9,018 bases of DNA from Azolla caroliniana. Taxonomy: Eukaryota; Plantae; Polypodiophyta. The notes beneath the pieces are model-generated. The model was given only the letters and a program-made list of their open reading frames with translations. It searched no databases and had not been told where the DNA came from. Below are positions 1 through 8,568 of this stretch, piece by piece (positions within the stretch are counted from its first letter, which is position 1; each line of letters begins with the position of its first letter). The stretch covers positions 1 to 9,018 of the forward strand of contig JBHGNT010001399.1 of assembly GCA_043228905.1 (NCBI GenBank). Reading direction: 5' to 3'. A program made the translations under genes and the position numbers.

Positions 1-1129
1 ACTCAGGTCGAGAGACATGACGAAATTACCAAATTTGAGGAGGGAGTTTAGAGGAGCCCTTGAGTAAATTAAAATGTTCATACCTGGCTCGTGTGATATC
101 GGATTTTTGTGTTCAAACATGCGAATCGAAGCTAACAACGCTAGCTATCATATGGAATTAAAAAATCAAGATTTTTAAACTCAAGTCGAGAGACATGACG
201 AAATTACCAAATTTGAGGAATGAGTTGAGAAGAGCTAGTAGGTAAATTAAAATGTTCATACCTGGCTCGTGTGATATCGGATTTTTGTGTTCAAACTTGC
301 GAATCGAAACTAACTACGCTAGCTATGATATGGAGTTAAAAAATCAAGATTTTGAAACTCAGGTCGAGAGACATGACGAAATTACCACATTTGAGGAGGG
401 AGTTCAAAGGAGCCCTTGAGTAAATTAAAATGTTCATACCTGGCTCGTGTGATATCGGATTTTTGTATTCAAACATGCGAATCGAAGCTAACAACGCTAG
501 CTATGATATGGAATTAAAAAATCAAGATTTTGAAACTCAGGTCGAGAGACATGACGAAATTACCAAATTTGAGGAGGGAGTTGAGAGGAACCCTTGAGTA
601 AATTAAAATGTTCATACCTGGCTCGTGTGATATCGGATTTTTGTGTTGAAACTTGGGAATCGAAGCTAACAACGCTAGCAAGGAAATGGAATTAAAAAAT
701 CAAGATTTTGAAACTCAGGTCGAGAGACATGACGATATTACCAAATTTGAGAAGGGAGTTCAGAGGAGCCCTTGAGTAAATTAAAATGTTCATACCTGGC
801 GAGTGTGATATCGGATTTTTGTGTTCAAACATGCGAATCGAAGCTAACAACGCTAGCTATGATATGGAATTAAAAAATCAAGATTTTCAAACTCAGGTCG
901 AGAGACATGACGAAATTACCACATTTGACGAGGGAGTTCAAAGGAGCCCTTGAGTAAATTAAAATGTTCATACCTGGCTCGTGTGATATCGGATTTTTGT
1001 ATTCAAACATGCGAATCGAAGCTAACAACGCTAGCTATGATATGGAATTAAAAAATCAAGATTTTGAAACTCAGGTCGAGAGACATGACGAAATTACCAA
1101 ATTTGAGGAGGGAGTTGAGAGGAACCCTT
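1..1129. repeat. Higher-order repeat block, copy 1 (m1-m7 start); near-identical to 7890-9018
   Basis: Same ordered rare variants (gaaactaactacg, ctagcaaggaaatgg, gagaagggagttcagagg, ttttcaa, acatttgacg) at offset 7889. I saw only two differences: 403 t vs 8292 g, and 736 t vs 8625 a. Confidence 0.92.
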
Positions 1130-1246
1130 GAGTAAATTAAAATGTTCATACCTGGCTCGTGTGATAACGGATTTTTGTGTTGAAACTTGGGAATCGAAGC
1201 TAACAACGCTAGCTATGATATGGAATTAAAAAATCAAGAATTTGAA

Positions 1247-2640
1247 ACTCAGGTCGAGAGACATGACGAAATTACCAAATTTGAGCAAGGAGTTGAGAGG
1301 AGCCCTTGAGTAAATTAAAATGTTCATACCTGGCTCGTGTGATATCGGATTTTTGTGTTCAAACATGCGAATCGAAGCTAACAACGCTAGCTATGATATG
1401 GAATTAAAAAATCAAGATTTTAAAACTCAGGTCGAGAGACATGACGAAATTACCAAATTTGAGGAATGAGTTGAGAAGAGCTAGTAGGTAAATTAAAATG
1501 TTCATACCTGGCTCGTGTGATATCGGATTTTTGTGTTCAAACATGCGAATCGAAGCTAACAACGCCAGCTATGATATGGAATTAAAAAATCAAGATTTTG
1601 AAACTCAGGTCGAGAGACATGACGAAATTACCAAATTTGAGCACGGAGTTGAGAGGAGCCCTTGAGTAAATTAAAATGTTCATACCTGGCTCGTGTGATA
1701 TCGTATTTTTGTGTTCAAACATGCGAATCGAAGCTAACAACGCTAGCTATCATATGCAATTAAAAAATCAAGATTTTGAAACTCAGGTCGAGAGACATGA
1801 CGAAATTACCAAATTTGAGGAGGGAGTTTAGAGGAGCCCTTGAGTAAATTAAAATGTTCATACCTGGCTCGTGTGATATCGGATTTTTGTGTTCAAACAT
1901 GCGAATCGAAGCTAACAACGCTAGCTATCATATGGAATTAAAAAATCAAGATTTTTAAACTCAAGTCGAGAGACATGACGAAATTACCAAATTTGAGGAA
2001 TGAGTTGAGAAGAGCTAGTAGGTAAATTAAAATGTTCATACCTGGCTCGTGTGATATCGGATTTTTGTGTTCAAACTTGCGAATCGAAGCTAACTACGCT
2101 AGCTATGATATGGAGTTAAAAAATCAAGATTTTGAAACTCAGGTCGAGAGACATGACGAAATTACCAAATTTGAGCAGGGAGTTGAGAGGAGCCCTTGAG
2201 TAAATTAAAATGTTCATACCTGGCTCGTGTGATATCGGATTTTTGTGTTCAAACATGCGAATCGAAGCTAACAACGCTAGCTATGATATGGAATTAAAAA
2301 ATCAAGATTTTAAAACTCAGGTCGAGAGACATGACGAAATTACCAAATTTGAGGAATGAGTTGAGAAGAGCTAGTAGGTAAATTAAAATGTTCATACCTG
2401 GCTCGTGTGATATCGGATTTTTGTGTTCAAACATGCGAATCGAAGCTAACAACGCCAGCTATGATATGGAATTAAAAAATCAAGATTTTGAAACTCAGGT
2501 CGATAGACATGACGAAATTACCAAATTTGAGCACGGAGTTGAGAGGAGCCCTTGAGTAAATTAAAATGTTCATACCTGGCTCGTGTGATATCGAATTTTT
2601 GTGTTCAAACATGCGAATCGAAGCTAACAACGCTAGCTAT
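1247..2640. repeat. Local higher-order duplication with 5-monomer (890-bp) period: 1247-1750 is copied at 2137-2640
   Basis: aacgccagc (m9, m14) and tttgagcacgg (m10, m15) occur only in these two places, 890 bp apart and in the same order. Confidence 0.85.
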
Positions 2641-2848
2641 GATATGGAATTAAAAAATCAAGGTTTTAAAACTCAGGTCGAGAGACATGACGAAATTACC
2701 AAATTTGAGGAATGAGTTGAGAAGAGCTAGTAGGTAAATTAAAATGTTCATACCTGGCTCGTGTGATATCGGATTTTTGTGTTCAAACATGCGAATCGAA
2801 GCTAACAACGCTAGCTATGATATGGACTTAAAAAATCAAGATTTTGAA

Positions 2849-3560
2849 ACTCAGGTCGAGAGACATGACGAAATTACCACATTTGAGGAGGGAGTTCAAA
2901 GCAGCCCTTGAGTAAATTAAAATGTTCATACCTAGCGAGTGTGATATCGGATTTTTGTGTTCCAACTAGCGAATCGAAGCTAACAACGCTAGCTATCATC
3001 TGGAATTAAAAAATTAAGATTTTGAAACTCAGGTCGACAGACATGACGAAATTACATAATTTGAGGAGGGAGTTTAGAGGAGATAGTAGGTAAATTAAAA
3101 TGTTCATACCTGGATCGTGTGATATCGGATTTTTGTGTTCAAACCTGCGAGTCAAAGCTAACAACGCTAGCTATGATATGGAATTAAAAAATCAAGGTTT
3201 TAAAACTCAGGTCGAGAGACATGACGAAATTACTAAATTTGAGGAATGAGTTGAGAAGAGCTAGTAGGTAAATTAAAATGTTCATACCTGGCTCGTGTGA
3301 TATCGGATTTTTGTGTTCCAACTAGCGAATCGAAGCTAACAACGCTAGCTATCATCTGGAATTAAAAAATTAAGATTTCGAAACTCAGGTCGAGAGAGAT
3401 GACGAAATTACATAATTTGAGGAGGGACTTTAGACGAGCTAGTAGGTAAATTAAAATGTTCATACCGGATTTTTGTGATATCGGATTTTTGTGTTCAAAC
3501 ATGCGAATCGAAGCTAAAGACGCTAGCTATGATATGGACTTAAAAAATCAAGATTTTGAA
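2849..3560. repeat. Divergent satellite subfamily island (m17-m20) with 356-bp dimeric periodicity
   Basis: ttccaactagc, tatcatctgg, aaaattaag and tacataattt each occur exactly twice, 356 bp apart (e.g. 2961 and 3317), and nowhere else in the window. Confidence 0.85.
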
Positions 3561-4450
3561 ACTCAGGTCGAGAGACATGACGAAATTACCACATTTGACG
3601 AGGGAGTTCAAAGGAGCCCTTGAGTAAATTAAAATGTTCATACCTGGCTCGTGTGATATCGGATTTTTGTGTTCAAACTTGCGAATCGAAGCTAACAACG
3701 CTAGCTATGATATGGACTTAAAAAATCAAGATTTTGAAACTCAGGTCGAGAGACATGACGAAATTACCACATTTGAGGAGGGAGTTCAAAGGAGCCCTTG
3801 ACTAAATTAAAATGTTCATACCTGGCTCGTGTGATATCGGATTTTTGTATTCAAACATGCGAATCGAAGCTAACAACGCTAGCTATGATATGGAATTAAA
3901 AAATCAAGATTTTGAAACTCAGGTCGAGAGACATGACGAAATTACCAAATTTGAGGAGGGAGTTGAGAGGAACCCTTGAGTAAATTAAAATGTTCATACC
4001 TGGCGAGTGTGATATCGGATTTTTGTGTTCAAACATGCGAATCGAAGCTAACAACGCTAGCTATGATATGGAATTAAAAAATCAAGATTTTGAAACTCAG
4101 GTCGAGAGACATGACGAAATTACCAAATTTGAACAGGGAGTTGAGAGGAGCCCTTGAGTAAATTAAAATGTTCATACCTGGCTCGTGTGATATCGGATTT
4201 TTGTGTTCAAACATGCGAATCGAAGCTGACAACGCTAGCTATCATATGGAATTAAAAAATCAAGATTTTGAAACTCAGGTCGAGAGACATGACGTAATTA
4301 CAAAATTTGAGGAGGGAGTTTAGAGGAGCTAGTAGGTAAATTAAAATGTTCGTACCTGGCTCGTGTGATATCGGATTTTTGTTTTCAAACTTGCGCATCG
4401 AAGCTAACAATGCAGGCTATGATATGGAATTAAAAAATCAAGATTTTGAA

Positions 4451-6019
4451 ACTCAGGTCGAGAGACATGACGAAATTACCACATTTGAGGAGGGAGTTCA
4501 AAGGAGCCCTTGACTAAATTAAAATGTTCATACCTGGCTCGTGTGATATCGGATTTTTGTATTCAAACATGCGAATCGAAGCTAACAACGCTAGCTATCA
4601 TATGGAATTAAAAAATCAAGATTTTTAAACTCAAGTCGAGAGACATGACGAAATTATCAAATTTGAGGAATGAGTTGAGAAGAGCTAGTAGGTAAATTAA
4701 AATGTTCATACCTGGCTTGTGTGATATCGGATTTTTGTGTTCAAACTTGCGAATCGAAGCTAACAACGCTAGCTATGATATGGAATTAAAAAATCAAGAT
4801 TTTAAAACTCAGGTCGAGAGACATGACGAAATTACCAAATTTGAGGAATGAGTTGAGAAGAGCTAGTAGGTAAATTAAAATGTTCATACCTGGCTCGTGT
4901 GATATCGGATTTTTGTGTTCAAACATGCGAATCGAAGCTAACAACGCTAGCTATGATATGGAAATAAAAAATCAAGCTTTTGAAACTCAGGTCGAGAGAC
5001 ATGACGAAATTACCAAATTTGAGGAGGGAGTTCACAAGAGCTCTTGAGTAAATTAAAATGTTCATACCTGGCGAGTGTGATATCGGATTTGTGTGTTCAA
5101 ACATGCGAATCGAAGATAACAATGCTAGCTATGATATGGAATTAAAAAATCAAGATTTTGAAACTCAGGTCGAGAGACATGACGAAATTACCAAATTTCA
5201 GCAGGGAGTTGAGAGGAGCCCTTGAGTAAATTAAAATGTTCATACCTGGTTCGTGTGATATCGGATTTTTGTGTTCAAACATGTGAATCGAAGCTAACAA
5301 CGCTAGCTATCATATGCAATTAAAAAATCAAGATTTTGAAACTCAGGTCGAGAGACATGACGAAATTACCAAATTTGAGGAGGGAGTTTAGAGGAGCCCT
5401 TGAGTAAATTAAAATGTTCATACCTGGCTCGTGTGATATCGGATTTTTGTGTTCAAACATGCGAATCGAAGCTAACAACGCTAGCTATCATATGGAATTA
5501 AAAAATCAAGATTTTTAAACTCAAGTCGAGAGACATGACGAAATTACCAAATTTGAGGAATGAGTTGAGAAGAGCTAGTAGGTAAATTAAAATGTTCATA
5601 CCTGGCTCGTGTGATATCGGATTTTTGTGTTCAAACTTGCGAATCGAAGCTAACTACGCTAGCTATGATATGGAGTTAAAAAATCAAGATTTTGAAACTC
5701 AGGTCGAGAGACATGACGAAATTACCACATTTGAGGAGGGAGTTCAAAGGAGCCCTTGAGTAAATTAAAATGTTCATACCTGGCTCGTGTGATATCGGAT
5801 TTTTGTATTCAAACATGCGAATCGAAGCTAACAACGCTAGCTATGATATGGAATTAAAAAATCAAGATTTTGAAACTCAGGTCGAGAGACATGACGAAAT
5901 TACCAAATTTGAGGAGGGAGTTGAGAGGAACCCTTGAGTAAATTAAAATGTTCATACCTGGCTCGTGTGATGTCGGATTTTTGTGTTGAAACTTGGGAAT
6001 CGAAGCTAACAACGCTAGC
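4451..6019. repeat. About 9-monomer higher-order block, copy 1 (m26-m34); duplicated at 7000-8568
   Basis: Shared ordered rare variants at offset 2549: gactaaatt, ggcttgtg, ggaaata/caagctttt, ttcacaagagctctt/gaagataacaatgc, tggttcg/acatgtg/catatgcaat. The paired ORFs 4919-5122 and 7468-7671 have the same offset. Confidence 0.92.
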
Positions 6020-6835
6020 TATGATATGGAGTTAAAAAATCAAGATTTTGAAACTCAGGTCGAGAGACATGACGAAATTACCACATTTGAGGAGGGAGTT
6101 CAAAGGAGCCCTTGAGTAAATTAAAATGTTCATACCTGGCTCGTGTGATATCGGATTTTTGTGTTCAAACATGTGAATCGAAGCTAAAGACGCTAGCTAT
6201 GATATGGACTTAAAAAATCAAGATTTTGAAACTCAGGTCGAGAGACATGACGAAATTACCACATTTGAGGAGGGAGTTCAAAGGAGCCCTTGAGTAAATT
6301 AAAATGTTCATACCTGGCTCGTGTGATATCGGATTTTTGTATTCAAACATGCGAATCGAAGCTAACAACGCTAGCTATGATATGGAATTAAAAAATCAAG
6401 ATTTTCAAACTCAGGTCGAGAGACATGACGAAATTACCAAATTTGAGGAGGGAGTTGAGAGGAACCCTTGAGTAAATTAAAATGTTCATACCTGGCGAGT
6501 GTGATATCGGATTTTTGTGTTCAAACATGCGAATCGAAGCTAACAACGCTAGCTATCATATGGAATTAAAAAATCAAGATTTTTAAACTCAAGTCGAGAG
6601 ACATGACGAAATTACCAAATTTGAGGAATGAGTTGAGAAGAGCTAGTAGGTAAATTAAAATGTTCATACCTGGCTCGTGTGATATCGGATTTTTGTGTTC
6701 AAACTTGCGAATCGAAGCTAACTACGCTAGCTATGATATGGAGTTAAAAAATCAAGATTTTGAAACTCAGGTCGAGAGACATGACGAAATTACCACATTT
6801 GAGGAGGGAGTTCAAAGGAGCCCTTGAGTAAATTA

Positions 6836-6949
6836 AAATGTTCATACCTGGCTCGTGTGATATCGGATTTTTGTGTTCAAACATGCGAATCGAAATGTTC
6901 ATACCTGGCTCGTGTGATATCGGATTTTTGTGTTCAAACTTGCGAATCG
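6836..6949. repeat. 57-bp internal tandem duplication / out-of-register junction within monomer 39 (235-bp monomer)
   Basis: aaatgttcatacctggctcgtgtgatatcggatttttgtgttcaaac(a/t)tgcgaatcg occurs at 6836-6892 and again at 6893-6949. Junction reads ...gaatcg|aaatgttc.... Monomer starts move from 6765 to 7000 (178+57). Confidence 0.95.
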
Positions 6950-6999
6950 AAGCTAACAACGCTAGCTATGATATGGACTTAAAAAATCAAGATTTTGAA

Positions 7000-8568
7000 A
7001 CTCAGGTCGAGAGACATGACGAAATTACCACATTTGAGGAGGGAGTTCAAAGGAGCCCTTGACTAAATTAAAATGTTCATACCTGGCTCGTGTGATATCG
7101 GATTTTTGTATTCAAACATGCGAATCGAAGCTAACAACGCTAGCTATCATATGGAATTAAAAAATCAAGATTTTTAAACTCAAGTCGAGAGACATGACGA
7201 AATTACCAAATTTGAGGAATGAGTTGAGAAGAGCTAGTAGGTAAATTAAAATGTTCATACCTGGCTTGTGTGATATCGGATTTTTGTGTTCAAACTTACG
7301 AATCGAAGCTAACAACGCTAGCTATCATATGGAATTAAAAAATCAAGATTTTAAAACTCACGTCGAGAGACATGACGAAATTACCAAATTTGAGGAATGA
7401 GTTGAGAAGAGCTAGTAGGTAAATTAAAATGTTCATACCTGGCTCGTGTGATATCGGATTTTTGTGTTCAAACATGCGAATCGAAGCTAACAACGCTAGC
7501 TATGATATGGAAATAAAAAATCAAGCTTTTGAAACTCAGGTCGAGAGACATGACGAAATTACCACATCTGAGGAGGGAGTTCACAAGAGCTCTTGAGTAA
7601 ATTAAAATGTTCATACCTGGCGAGTGTGATATCGGATTTGTGTGTTCAAACATGCGAATCGAAGATAACAATGCTAGCTATGATATGGAATTAAAAAATC
7701 AAGATTTTGAAACTCAGGTCGAGAGACATGACGAAATTACCAAATTTGAGCAGGGAGTTGAGAGGAGCCCTTGAGTAAATTAAAATGTTCATACCTGGTT
7801 CGTGTGATATCGGATTTTTGTGTTCAAACATGTGAATCGAAGCTAACAACGCTAGCTATCATATGCAATTAAAAAATCAAGATTTTGAAACTCAGGTCGA
7901 GAGACATGACGAAATTACCAAATTTGAGGAGGGAGTTTAGAGGAGCCCTTGAGTAAATTAAAATGTTCATACCTGGCTCGTGTGATATCGGATTTTTGTG
8001 TTCAAACATGCGAATCGAAGCTAACAACGCTAGCTATCATATGGAATTAAAAAATCAAGATTTTTAAACTCAAGTCGAGAGACATGACGAAATTACCAAA
8101 TTTGAGGAATGAGTTGAGAAGAGCTAGTAGGTAAATTAAAATGTTCATACCTGGCTCGTGTGATATCGGATTTTTGTGTTCAAACTTGCGAATCGAAACT
8201 AACTACGCTAGCTATGATATGGAGTTAAAAAATCAAGATTTTGAAACTCAGGTCGAGAGACATGACGAAATTACCACATTTGAGGAGGGAGGTCAAAGGA
8301 GCCCTTGAGTAAATTAAAATGTTCATACCTGGCTCGTGTGATATCGGATTTTTGTATTCAAACATGCGAATCGAAGCTAACAACGCTAGCTATGATATGG
8401 AATTAAAAAATCAAGATTTTGAAACTCAGGTCGAGAGACATGACGAAATTACCAAATTTGAGGAGGGAGTTGAGAGGAACCCTTGAGTAAATTAAAATGT
8501 TCATACCTGGCTCGTGTGATATCGGATTTTTGTGTTGAAACTTGGGAATCGAAGCTAACAACGCTAGC
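7000..8568. repeat. About 9-monomer higher-order block, copy 2 (m40-m48) of 4451-6019
   Basis: Offset 2549 = 14x178+57; about 10 substitutions between copies by eye. Confidence 0.92.

Noticed and set aside
37-56. Purine-rich gaggagggagttgagaggag as a Shine-Dalgarno site or G-quadruplex
   Set aside because: There is no properly spaced start codon with a real ORF, and only one GGG tract per monomer, so no canonical G4.
1-178. Identity with Arabidopsis CEN178/CEN180 or alpha satellite
   Set aside because: Only the length agrees. I see none of the motifs I recall from those consensuses on either strand. A BLAST search would settle it.
1-178. Tandem 5S rRNA, tRNA or snRNA gene unit
   Set aside because: I found no recognisable 5S, tRNA cloverleaf or snRNA sequence and no convincing Pol III A/B/C boxes. 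An Infernal/Rfam scan would confirm.
4919-5122. 67-aa minus-strand ORF (and its copy at 7468-7671)
   Set aside because: It lies wholly within satellite monomers and is open only because local variants remove stops. The 178-bp unit is not a multiple of 3, there is no recognisable domain, and the second copy simply reflects the 2549-bp duplication.
5249-5265. CENP-B box-like 17-mer gttcgtgtgatatcgga (m30, also m44; consensus gctcgtgtgatatcgga at positions 87-103)
   Set aside because: It matches only 7 of the 9 essential bases of NTTCGNNNNANNCGGGN (6 of 9 in the consensus), and the second CpG is displaced by 1 bp. That is too weak to call a functional box.
6744-7062. Overlapping 71-aa (-) and 74-aa (+) ORFs with internal peptide repeats
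   Set aside because: Both pass the length threshold only because the 57-bp (19-codon) duplication is in frame. They are antisense-overlapping and have no coding hallmarks.
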